A DNA stretch of 63,003 nt, counting the filler, from Olpidium bornovanus S191 (lineage: Eukaryota > Fungi > Olpidiomycota): the NCBI GenBank assembly GCA_017911155.1. It is 27 parts of 27 records of this genome, joined end to end, with 100 filler letters (N's around TTAATTAATTAA, not from the genome) between each part and the next. Parts side by side here need not be neighbours in the genome. Positions count along the whole stretch, not along the records: positions 32,580 to 35,514 come from JAEFCI010005672.1; positions 35,615 to 36,755 come from JAEFCI010011790.1; positions 36,856 to 38,031 come from JAEFCI010005232.1; positions 38,132 to 40,377 come from JAEFCI010012255.1; positions 40,478 to 42,188 come from JAEFCI010004442.1; positions 42,289 to 45,932 come from JAEFCI010012666.1; 21 more parts are not named here. The stretch is one strand, 5' to 3'. The notes beneath the pieces were generated by a model that saw only the letters and a program-made list of their open reading frames with translations, did no database searches and was not told where the DNA came from. Shown here in pieces: positions 33,043-43,630 of the stretch (positions within the stretch are counted from its first letter, which is position 1; every line of letters begins with the position of its first letter). Position numbers and translations under genes: made by a program.

Positions 33043-34200
33043 ATGGAAGGATACTCCGTTGTATAATCAATTTAAGACCCTGGCGTGACGGCCAGTCGGA
33101 TGACGGCGAGAGTCGGATTGGATTGGGCGTTCGTGTGCGGGAGGTAAACCGCATTTGGAGAAGGCCCTTTTTGCGTAGATTGTGTTTTTACAGCTGCTGC
33201 AGCAGGCCCCGCGCGAGCCCGCCGGGGCAGAAATCGTCGCAAAGTTTGCGGACTGCCAAAAATTCCCACCGCAAGCCAATTTTCCGGCTGTAAGAAGAAA
33301 GCAAGCTTTTTTGCTGGTTTTTAACAGCGGTTGATTGAATGCAGAACGGGGGAGCTTCCCAGGTTGAAAAGTTGGAAATGTGTACGTGTGGGCGATGCTG
33401 ACTACCTGCGGCTAAGAATCAAAGGCTGCCTGATCAAGGCGGCCTCACTAAATGTCTCTCCCACTCTCCTCCGCCCTCCACCCCCCCCCCCTCCTCCCCG
33501 CACGCGCCACGATCATTTCGAAAAAGGCGGTGGACGCAAGACAAACGGTTTATCTTGAGGTTTACGACGAGGAACTTGCATCAACTAGGTGGGGGTGTCC
33601 CGACGAGTGGCAGAACAGGGGCGGGAGGGTGGGGAGGAAGAGGGGAAGGACCGGGAGCGCGCCTGTGATCCCGCAAAAATTTGCCTATACGCACGACTCG
33701 ACGCTTTTTTTTTTTCCCTTCTATGCGGCCGGCGACCTGGTTGCGACCGGCGGCGGAAGCTGCTGCGTCAAAAAAAAAAAAAAAAAGAAAAAAAAAAATC
33801 CCGGAAGTCACGCAAGCGTTGTGCAGGCGGTGGGCAGCTGAAAAGTGCCTCCCTGTATCCGTCGCGCGCATGCTCAGTGCCCTTCGTACACCTCAGCAAG
33901 TTACGATTGAGGTAATCCTTCGTGCTCATGGTGGCCCTTTTAGTGTCTCGGGCCGTTGATTTTTTTTTCTTGTTTTTCAGCCGTTTTCTCCAGTCGAGCG
34001 AAATGCGAAGACGCCGGGGGAGCAGCGGGAACAGGAGGAGGGGGAAGGGAAGACGGGAAGTCAGTCACGTGGGCGACTCAAAACCCGCGGGAAGGGAGGG
34101 ACAACCCCTCCCCCCCCCGGCCGCCTCCCCCCCCTCGCCCGCTTCCCTTCCCTTCCCTCCGCCCCTCCGCCACAACCTCTCGACTCCGAAAACGAGAAAA

Positions 34201-35233
34201 ATGGCTCCCGTCCGGTAATTGCGCGCCTCCCTCCCCTTCCGGACGTTGCACTCCCATCCCATCTCGTCCGGCATCCCGTCCGTGCGTCGCTCGCGGGCTC
34301 GCGGCCAGGCGGCGCCAGGACGACGCCTGGTGCCCCTTGACGCCCCCCCCCCCCCCCCCCCTGCTTCTCTGCCCGCTGGCCGACCGACGTGTTCCGGATG
34401 GCCGAGGGTGTCCTGCTTGCTGCATGGGGAGCTTGACGGAGACGGACGGTGCTGCCAGTTGCGATGCGGGGCCTGCGGCTTCCTGCCGGCGTCCCTGGCC
34501 AGAAACTGTTTGTTCAAAGGACGGGAGCGTTGCTTGGGCACTTTCGCGGTCGTGACTACACAGGACTCGCGCTAAGAAACGGTGTGCCGCCCCGCCTGCT
34601 GCGTCCGGTAGTCGCGATGCCTTAGTCAGTCCCAGATACCTGTCGGCGCGCGGCGCGGCAGGTAGGCGGCCGTCGGCAGCGGCGAATATCAGCAGAAGGC
34701 CGGCACAACGGCAGGGAGGGCCAAAAAAATGCCGCCCGTGTAATCTTACTCGCCAGCCGGCTCTGACTCTTTTTTGCCGATTTACCCGTCGCCGTTGACA
34801 AACCTCTGTACGCAGCTTGTACGCGAAGGGCCGTGTGCTCGGCTACAAGCGCGCCAAGAGGAACCAACGCCCCAACACCTCGCTCATCGCCATCGAGAAC
34901 GTGCGGACCACCGAGGACACGAAGTTCTACCTCGGCAAGCGCGTCGCATATGTCTACCGCGCCCAGCGGGCTATCAAGGGCTCTAAAGTCCGCGTCATCT
35001 GGGGACGTGTGACCCGCTCCCACGGCACCTCCGGAGTCGTCCGGGCAAAATTCCGCAATAACCTTCCGCCAGACTCGTTCGGTGCCCGCGTCCGTGTGGT
35101 AAGTGTTCCATTCGTGTTGGGCCCGTCCTTACTGAAAGTCTCTGTAGACGGGGGTCTAGGGTTTTCGACGAGATTAAGCTAACTTGAAGTTCTTCTTACG
35201 CCTAAATAGATGATGTATCCATCTCGTATCTGA
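34201..35233 (+). CDS. RPL33: 60S ribosomal protein eL33 (L35a); exons 34201-34214, 34816-35098, 35210-35233
   Basis: MAPVR|[29 protein letters not shown]...[13 protein letters not shown]...[34 protein letters not shown]|MMYPSRI*. The gene is complete, with canonical splice sites. Confidence 0.98.
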
Positions 35234-35614
35234 ATGCATCCTGATATCTAGGGTTGAATATACCAATTCTGCCTTTGAATGTTTGTTGTGCAAGCAGACG
35301 TCTACTTCTGTAGACTAGTCTATCTGCTAATGCACCTTCGCGCTTGTGGATACTTCTGGAAGAGGCTGACACTGCAAGAAGACTAGTTTTACCGTCGACC
35401 AGTTTTGGTCCCCGTCGGGATGTTTTGGAGTTTATACCGGTCTTTGTCAGGATACAATTAAGAAGAACGGGGAACAAGGAGCAGCCTCCCGTGAACTGCC
35501 GGGAGAATCATGAGNNNNNNNNNNNNNNNNNNNNNNNNNNNNNNNNNNNNNNNNNNNNTTAATTAATTAANNNNNNNNNNNNNNNNNNNNNNNNNNNNNN
35601 NNNNNNNNNNNNNN

Positions 35615-36450
35615 CATGCCGAATTTTCTCCAAATTGATTGGAGGTTTTTATGGCTGCAGGTTAGGCGGCATTCCCTGAATATTTTGAATGGGATGAGAG
35701 AGTAGATCTGACTGTCCAATGTATGTTGTATCCAAGAAATTCGACGGGAACATCACTATCCTTCCGAAGTCTAGCGTCGGCGACTTCGTCCATATCCTTA
35801 CAGATCCGACGGAGGAGCGGCTCGCGAATTACATCGCGCGCGGAGAGCGCAACACTTGGCCCAAGATCCACATGATCCGCAACCGGATGTTGCCGGAGCG
35901 GACGATCATCCGCGGGATGCTCAAGGCGCGAAAGGAGATGCGCGGGATGCGGGCGGCGGCGTCCGCGGCGTCGTCATTGGAATCGCTCTCCCCCGGAAGT
36001 CTCGCGGAGGACGCCAGCAAAGTGCCCGGGCTGCCGCCGGCGAGAACGGCGCACACGCCGTTCGCGAGAGACGAGGCCGAGGTGCCGGCGCAGCACCCCA
36101 CGAACGAGGAGCAGAACGAGATCGAGCGCGAGCGGCGGGCGGGCAAGCGCGAACTGCTCGCCCGGGCCGGCGCGGCGACTCCGCCCGCGGCGCCGGCCGC
36201 CGCGATCGACTCCGCCGTGTCGTCGTCGGTGTCGTCGCTCGACCGGTCTTTCGCCTCGGCGACGTCGCCCGACAGCGACGTCGAGGACGGCTCGCTCGCC
36301 TTTCTGGAAACTCCGCGGGACGCGTTCCAAGCGCCCGCCGAGGAAGCACAGCACTGGACCACGGATTCCGAGGGAGACGAAGAGGACGAGGTTGACCCCG
36401 AGCGGTGGGAGGACAAAGCAGAGGAGAGGGCGGAAGGGGCCCGAGGCTAA
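35615..36450 (+). CDS. Patatin-like triacylglycerol lipase (Tgl3/4/5 family), C-terminal part
   Basis: IDWRFLWLQ|KFDGNITILP...DFVHILTDPT...IARGERNTWPKIHMIRNRMLPER fits the fungal patatin-like lipase C-terminal block. Acidic tail; stop at 36448-36450. Confidence 0.85.
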
Positions 36451-36889
36451 CGCCGCCGGGGGGGAGCCCCGAGCGGGCGCCGGTCCCTGTGACGCGCTCG
36501 TGACTTCTTAATTCGCCGTCATTTTTTCATTGGCCATCACGTCAATTTTTTTCTTTTTTTTTTTTTTTTTTTTTCAGACACGTTTGTTCCCTGCCGACCG
36601 CTGCCCTCGCGGCCAAACCACGTGCCGCGTGCCACCCCCCGACTGTTCGACCTACGTCACCGTTTCCCGCTAAGTTTTCTCCCTCGGCGCGTCGCCCCCG
36701 AAACGCGTCATAAACCACCCGCATGCGCGGCGCGCATCGCCGCCGCCCGCCTGGANNNNNNNNNNNNNNNNNNNNNNNNNNNNNNNNNNNNNNNNNNNNT
36801 TAATTAATTAANNNNNNNNNNNNNNNNNNNNNNNNNNNNNNNNNNNNNNNNNNNNCCCCCCCCCCCCCCCCCCCGCTCAAAATCCCCAG

Positions 36890-37160
36890 GTTCGAAATTC
36901 CTCCGGAGAGCGAGTGCGATTTCGTCGTCATCAAGCACATCGCGCACGCCGACCAGGCGCCGTGGTCCGGCACCGAGACCTTCTTTTTGGACGACGGGTC
37001 TTCCTACTCCCTGCCCGTCAGCGGTAACCTGACCGGCTTCGACGTCGTCAACCAGTCGATAAAGAGGGTCTGCTTTGCCCTCGGGAGCTACAGCCCCTAC
37101 TACGCCAACCAGTTAGCGTCCGGGGAGGACCCGACACAGGCGGCTTCGGCGGCGGCCTAA
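36890..37160 (+). CDS. Terminal exon of an unidentified protein
   Basis: After a CAG acceptor, 90 codons with strong C/G third-position bias (FEIPPESECDFVVIKHIAH...IKRVCFALGSYSPYYANQLASGEDPTQAASAAA*). It is too short for the ORF track to show. Confidence 0.6.
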
Positions 37161-37936
37161 AAAAAAATAAAGCCCACCTGACAACCGCGCCAAAACGGAA
37201 AAAAAACCTGCCCGATTTTTCGCCCCAGTCACGCGGGATCCCCAGTTGAAAAAAGAAACGTGTCGACCCGAGCAGGCAGGCCCGCACGATTTTCAGAAGA
37301 AAGACCACCTCGCGGTTCCACTCTGGACGGGCCGCCGCGCCGGCCGCATGTTTTCGCGCGAGGGAGCCCGCCACGTTGGTCAGCCCGATCGCCCGAGCCG
37401 CATTCAGCGGCCAATCTGGTACAGTCGTCGGCAGGTGCGAACGCACTTCCTGCGCCCGAACACCAGACGGTCCTTCGGTGCTGCGCACGGGTTGGGGCAA
37501 ACGCCAACGGCGATCTCCGGCCCTCATTCAAGTCACATCAACTCCCTTAGTTGTTCCCTATCTTCGCCCGCCCGCGTTGTTTTCGCGTTCTGCGGCGCAA
37601 GTCTATATACGTTGTACACGTGTTGTAGTCCTGTTAGGAAATACACCTTGGCCGGAGGCATGTCTCAGCAGAACGACTGTGGCAGGGCGGCAGTTGGGAT
37701 TTGGTGCGGGACTTTCTTTTTGTTTTGGCAGAAAATCCCGACGCCGGGCGTTTCCACCCCGTGTCTGCCGTAAAACGAGCGCGAACGGTATAGTCGCTCG
37801 GGGGTTTAAAATCTGGCAAAAAGCATTCGCTGGACAAGGATCCTCCAACCGGGCGTCAGCGAAGTGTCCGGCTCTGCCGCCTCCCCGGCCGCTCAGCGGT
37901 TTGTTTCACTCCAGCTGTGCGAGAACTCTGGACAAC

Positions 37937-38004
<68 letters not shown>

Positions 38005-38222
38005 CCCCCCCCCCCCCCCCCCCGCACCCGCNNNNNNNNNNNNNNNNNNNNNNNNNNNNNNNNNNNNNNNNNNNNTTAATTAATTAANNNNNNNNNNNNN
38101 NNNNNNNNNNNNNNNNNNNNNNNNNNNNNNNAACGAATCTACCCTCACCCCCCTTCTCGCGCGCTCCCCCAGCCTCCCCGCCGTGCCTGGTGTTTTACAC
38201 CCCATGGTGTGGTCCCTCCGCC

Positions 38223-38262
<40 letters not shown>

Positions 38263-38339
38263 CGGAGGCCCGCTATTTTTTGAATCCTAATTCTAACGTG
38301 CGGGCACGATCTGAACCAGGGGCATCCTCGAACTACGTG

Positions 38340-38426
38340 CTGGCAATTCATGTACCGTCAGTGGACAACCCACCGGATTACTGGATCATGAAAGGCGTCG
38401 CCATGCTCATGCAGAAACCGTCATAA
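38340..38426 (+). CDS. Short terminal exon of an unidentified protein
   Basis: After a CAG acceptor the frame reads ASSNYVLAIHVPSVDNPPDYWIMKGVAMLMQKPS*. Family not recognised. Confidence 0.3.
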   Translation: MAIHVPSVDNPPDYWIMKGVAMLMQKPS

Positions 38427-39154
38427 GCTGGTGCGGTTCCCGGAAATCTCATCTCGCACCCGGCAAACAAGCACATTTATTTTTTTTTTCTCCCGAAGCA
38501 TGGTGCAAAAAAAGCATTGTAACATATAAATCACAAGCGAAGATACCATCCCGAGAGCGTTTCTGTACACCGTAGCAGATGGCGGGGTTCTTTCCGTTTT
38601 TATTTTCTGTTGTTTCTTTCTGTTCCGGGGTGTGTCTGCCATCCGTCGAAACGCAGCTGCCTCAGGGGCCGCGCCCCCGGGCAGCCCTGAGCCGGGAAAC
38701 ACACCGGAACGCCACCAGTGCCGCCCCGCCGCGCGCTCTCTGCGCCTCCTGCGCCCCGGAACGACGGACGGACGGACGGACGCTCAAACGAACGCCCCAA
38801 ACCCCGCCGCCCCGCTTCAGCTTTGCGACAATGCCGCCGCAGCAGCCGGATCAGGATGCGGTGGGTTTTTCCTCTCCCCTCCCGCGCGTCGGCCGCAAAG
38901 GGCAGATGCTCTCTGCGAGTAGGAAGGTCGACCCGCTGCTGAAAGCCCGCACCCCCCCCCCCCCCCCCCCTCCCCTTCCCCGCCTCCCCGCCGTTCTGGG
39001 AATCTCTGAAAGAGGGGGTGTTGGGCTGTCGGTCGGACTCAGCATTGAGTCTCCTCCGCGGTCCGAACGGAAAAGGCGGCGGGCTGCGCCGCGGAACCGG
39101 GGGTTCGAGCGGCGCTCCGGCTATGCGTCGCGCGTCGGAGATCCGGGAGAGACC

Positions 39155-40377
39155 ATGAAGAGGGCAGTTCCCGCGGCCGGCCCGGCTGGCTGCGGATGTG
39201 CGGGTTATTCGGCACGTTCAACGCAGCAGCACGCACCACGCTGTGAAATGACCCCTCTTTTGCCCGCCGTGCTCCTCGCGGCTGCGTGCCGGTACGGGTT
39301 GCCGTTTGACCAAAACGTTTGCCAAGCTGACACACCGATTCGCGCTGAATTTCCCCGTTCGCCTGTCCATAAACATGACCAAAGATCAATGCCATGATCG
39401 CGCAGAAGAAGAGGGAAATCGAGCAGGCGAGGCAGCTGGCGGTTCAGCATGCCAGGGCCGCTGCGGCCGCCGGAGCCGTCGGAGTGAGACCTCCCGTGCC
39501 GACCGCGGTCTTCCCTACTGCCGCTGCCCCGGCCGGTACGGCGGATGGCGCGCCGCCGGCGGTGCAGGGAACGATGAATGTCGACTTTGCGAGGCGGATC
39601 CAGGAAGCTAAGCAGAAAGTCCTCAGCGGGTTGGCCGCCAATAAAGGCGTCTCGGTACGTGCAGGCGGCCAGAGAGGCAGCCGGCTTTCGATGTGAAGCG
39701 ACCTTCCGAAACAGCTGCGTGTGGACGTGGACCGAGTTTTAACTGTTCCCACCCCCGTTTCGTCCCGGTGCACCGGTTAATGGCGTGCCCTCGAAAATCC
39801 TGCGTCGGCTTGATCCGCGTACGCGTTGCGCCTCCTGCAGCAGCCGGCCGTGCAAGAGACTCGAATCACTGGCGGTGCGGCCGTGCCGCTTCACCCGTTG
39901 CTCCAGTTGGACGCGACGGGCCAGCTGGGCGTGCGGCCCGGCCAGGGTGGAGTGTTGATCCCGAAGCCGTCCTTCGCGACCGTGAAAGCCAACCAGCGCG
40001 CCGCGGACGCGCTTCAGACCAAGCAGGGCAAGCAAGACGACTCCACGGCACCGAAGAACCCCTACCTCGAGCTTCCGCCCCAAACGGCGGCAACGTCCGC
40101 CGCCGAGGATGCGGCCGCTGGACCGAGGCCCCGCGCGGCTCGCAAGCTCAAGTTCATCAAACCCGGCCGGTACATTGCGCAGGCGACGCAGATGCGCAAG
40201 GAGGCGATGATGGAGAAACTGAAGCAGGACATCGCCGAGCGCACGCGCCGGGCCGGCATGGAGGCAGACGCGCTGGACGGAGGCGGCTACCTCGAGAAGC
40301 AGATCCGCAGGAACCCTCCCCCCGCTGTCGAGTGGTGGGATGCGCTTCTGTTGCCCAGCGGGTCGTATGATGACCTG
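39155..40377 (+). CDS. PRP3: U4/U6 snRNP protein Prp3, N-terminal half; start uncertain, 3' truncated
   Basis: INAMIAQKKREIE...VPLHPLL...PSFATVKANQR...KNPYL...RKLKFIKPGRYIAQATQMRKEAMMEKLKQDIAERTRRAG...RRNPPPAVEWWDALLLPSGSYDD. Confidence 0.92.
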
Positions 40378-40683
40378 NNNNNNNNNNNNNNNNNNNNNNN
40401 NNNNNNNNNNNNNNNNNNNNNTTAATTAATTAANNNNNNNNNNNNNNNNNNNNNNNNNNNNNNNNNNNNNNNNNNNNAGACACTTCCGCGGCGGGCTCCC
40501 TAAACATCATTCTTTTTCCTTTTATCTTTTTTTTTTAAAAAAAAAAAAACAATTTATTATTTACGGAATTTGGCCTGATGTCTTTCAGGCGTGTCGGGAG
40601 GAGCTGCTTTTCACGCGTGCGCGATGCGACAAATCGACGCGAAAAAAACGAGAATGATTCATGTTCCCGCAAAGGCAGGAGGC

Positions 40684-40685
40684 GA

Positions 40686-40718
<33 letters not shown>
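40684..40718. repeat. (GA)n microsatellite
   Basis: GAGAGA run with one T interruption. Confidence 0.9.
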
Positions 40719-41389
40719 CAATGTGTGGTTGCTCATATTGTACGGCCAGTGGCTGCATCGATATAAGACTTACATTTATATTATGCTATTGTTTGCCTGC
40801 GCGGGGTGTCCGCTGCGCCTGCGAATAACGCTACAGTACCCAGCCTCTCTGCCCGCAATCTGGGTGGCAGTCACGTGTCAACCGCGTGTAAGTCACGTGA
40901 CGGCTACTTGTGGTCTGCGCGAGACTTCTCAGAATAGGCCCCGCGCGCGCGTTGAGCGGTCGCCGTTGCGCTTGACGCTGCTGCGTAGTGGCGCGCGCGT
41001 CTTGCCGAGGTCTCAGCCCGGGTCCGGTGCGCCGGTTACGGAGAACGGCGACGCCAGCGTTCCGGCGAAAAAAAAAAAAAAAAAAAAAAAGGAAAAAGGA
41101 ACAGCAAAGTTAGAATAAAATAGAATAGAATAATAATCTACCCCGCGTTTCGGCAAAACCGTTTTCATCATCGCCCGATCCCGTTTGGCAAAAAAAAAAA
41201 AAAAAAAAAAAATTGAGGGCACATAGTCGACAATAAACCCGCACCCCCATCACATTCCCCCGCTTTTCTAAAAAAGACATCGGTCGCGGAGAGGAGACGG
41301 TGGAAAGACCGGTCAAAAAGCGCCGCAGTCGCAAATCTTTGGAGGCAAGTGGGGTGTTGCCGCAAAGAAGCATAAGGAAAGAAAGGAAA

Positions 41390-42024
41390 ATGGCGTACCT
41401 GGCAGCGGAGGTAAGGCGGGCGGCGTTCGTGCTGCTCCTGGCGTGCAGCCTGTTCCTGCCGGTCTACTACGTTCTGGTCCGCGACGACGGCGGGGCCTCC
41501 CGGAGGAGCGGCCGCCGCTCGTCGCCGTCGGGGCGGGCGGGCAGGATCCCCGTGCCGTTCGAGCCGCAGTCCGGCTGGAATGGGGCCGATTTGGAGTTTT
41601 CGGGCCAGGGGTCGGGCGCGCTGCAGGAGCTCGCGATCAACGACATCGAGACCTGGATCGACGACTACCCGGCGTCGCCCGGTGAAAACGGGGTCGGCGG
41701 GGCCGAGCCCGTCGTGCACGTGGCCGCCGCAGACGACGGCGGCTACGACGATCCGACACCGGAGGAGGCGGGAACCCGCGCTCCCGGCGACCGCGGAGCG
41801 GACGGTCCGGCCGGCCGGGAGGAATTCAAGCCGCCGGCGCAGGACGGCGGCGACTGGGGCGAAACCCCGGGCGCCGGTCGGCCGGAGCCTCCGCAGGAAA
41901 ACAGCGGTTCATTTGGTCCCGAAATCGTCGTGGACGAGCAGGCCGCGAAGTTGATCGAAGCGGCTGTGCAGCGGATTGACGACGAACTGGCGTTAGACCG
42001 CGACATACAAACTTCCCTCAGAGT
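41390..42024 (+). CDS. Type II membrane protein N-terminus (short cytosolic tail, signal anchor, acidic stem), possibly a Golgi enzyme; truncated
   Basis: MAYLAAEVRRAAFVLLLACSLFLPVYYVLVRD followed by about 180 aa of Asp/Glu/Gly/Pro-rich stem, then a GT donor at about 42025. No catalytic domain is visible. Confidence 0.6.
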
Positions 42025-42108
<84 letters not shown>

Positions 42109-42288
42109 CTCCTCCGCCGGTCTCACTGAGACGCGGCGCGCGGCACTAAATGCGTGCGACACGTTTCTGACCTGCGCCGACGCAAAAGNNNNNNNNNNNN
42201 NNNNNNNNNNNNNNNNNNNNNNNNNNNNNNNNTTAATTAATTAANNNNNNNNNNNNNNNNNNNNNNNNNNNNNNNNNNNNNNNNNNNN

Positions 42289-42607
42289 CAACGAAAAGAC
42301 GCGTCCGATCTCGTATATATATGTATATATATATATATACGAACGCGAGCCGCCGGCCGAACTGACCCCCGCACCGCAGGCCATAAGACACCACCGCCCC
42401 CCCCCCCCCCCCCCCCCCCCCCTCCCCCCCCCCCCCCCAAACCCCCCCCCCCCCCCTCCCCCCGCACGCCCCGGCCCGCCTCCACAATCCTTCCCAACGA
42501 AAAGACGCGTCCGATCTCGTATATATATGTATATATATATATATACGAACGCGAGCCGCCGGCCGAACTGACCCCCGCACCGCAGGCCATAAGACACCAC
42601 CGCCCCC
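42289..42607. repeat. Direct repeat with 206-bp period containing (TA)n and poly-C
   Basis: About 113 identical bases at 42289-42401 and 42495-42607. The first copy starts at the contig edge. Confidence 0.9.
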
Positions 42608-42682
42608 GCTCGCGCCCCCCACTTACGATCCCCCGCCCGGTAGAACGCAAGCCCCCGCTGTTCTTTTTTCGCCCCCGACACA

Positions 42683-43630
42683 ATGAAGTTCCTTGTCGGA
42701 GTCCTTTTGCTCGCCGCGGCTTCCGCCGTCGCCTTCCCTCAGGATCCCGCGGCCTCGCCCCCTCCCGCCGATTACGCGAGCACCCCGGCCCCGCCGCCGG
42801 CCGGCACCGACGTCGCGCCGGGCACGTTCGCGACCGACGCCGCCCCCGCCGTGCCCACCGACGGTGCCCCCGCCGTGCCCACCGACGGTGCCCCCGCCGT
42901 ACCCACCGACGCCTCCTCCGCCGTGCCCACCGACGCCGCCACTGTCGTGCCCACCGACGCTGTCCCCGCCGTACCCACCGACGGCGCCCCCGCCGTGCCC
43001 ACCGACGCCTCCCCCGCCGTGCCCACCGAGGCCGCCACTGCCGTGCCCACCGACGCTGTCCCCGCCGTGCCCACCGACGCCTCCCCCCCCGTGCCCACCG
43101 ACGCCTCCCCCGCCTTGCCCACCGACCCCGCGTTGCCCACCGACGCCGCCTCAGAAGTGCCCACCGACGCCGCGTTGCCCACCGACGCCGACCCCGAGGT
43201 GCCGCCCCACTCCGCTTTGGTCCCGCCGGCCGACACCGCCTCCGCCGTCCCCCTCGACGCCTCGAACGCGGACCAGCCTACCGAGACACCCGATCTGCCG
43301 ATCAGCAGCGAGGCCTTGTCCGAGCTTAGCGCCGGCGCCAGCGATCTTTCCTCTCTGGCCGCGCTGGGCACGTCGGCGTTCGACTCCATAACGGCCGACG
43401 CCTGGTCCGACCTGGCCACGCTGGCGCCGGCTTCCGACTCCGCCTCCGCGTCCGACGAGGAGAACGGCCAGCCGCCCGCGACGGCCTCGCTTCCCCTTTC
43501 CGGCGAGCCCGCTTCCGCGACGGACTCCGCGGTCCCGACCGACGCCGCCGAGACCGCGGCCGCGACCCTCGAGCCCGCCGATATTCCTTCCGGCGTTCCG
43601 CCCCTCGGGCGCCGCTTAGCGCGGTTCTGA
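42683..43630 (+). CDS. Secreted Ala/Pro/Thr/Asp-rich tandem-repeat (mucin-like) protein, intronless, complete
   Basis: Signal peptide MKFLVGVLLLAAASAVA, about 16 copies of a roughly 8-aa (24-bp) P-A-V-P-T-D-A/G-A unit, no Cys, ending GVPPLGRRLARF*. Strong GC3 bias. Confidence 0.9.
   Translation: MKFLVGVLLLAAASAVAFPQDPAASPPPADYASTPAPPPAGTDVAPGTFATDAAPAVPTDGAPAVPTDGAPAVPTDASSAVPTDAATVVPTDAVPAVPTDGAPAVPTDASPAVPTEAATAVPTDAVPAVPTDASPPVPTDASPALPTDPALPTDAASEVPTDAALPTDADPEVPPHSALVPPADTASAVPLDASNADQPTETPDLPISSEALSELSAGASDLSSLAALGTSAFDSITADAWSDLATLAPASDSASASDEENGQPPATASLPLSGEPASATDSAVPTDAAETAAATLEPADIPSGVPPLGRRLARF

Noticed and set aside
33170-33929. Possible small minus-strand gene (MSTKDYLNRNLL...) divergent from RPL33
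   Set aside because: Joining the obvious donor (33891) to the next acceptor (33585) creates an immediate stop, and no family is recognisable.
34215-34815. Possible intronic snoRNA in the 600-bp first intron of RPL33
   Set aside because: I found no box C (RUGAUGA) paired with box D and no convincing H/ACA layout. An Infernal/Rfam scan would be needed.
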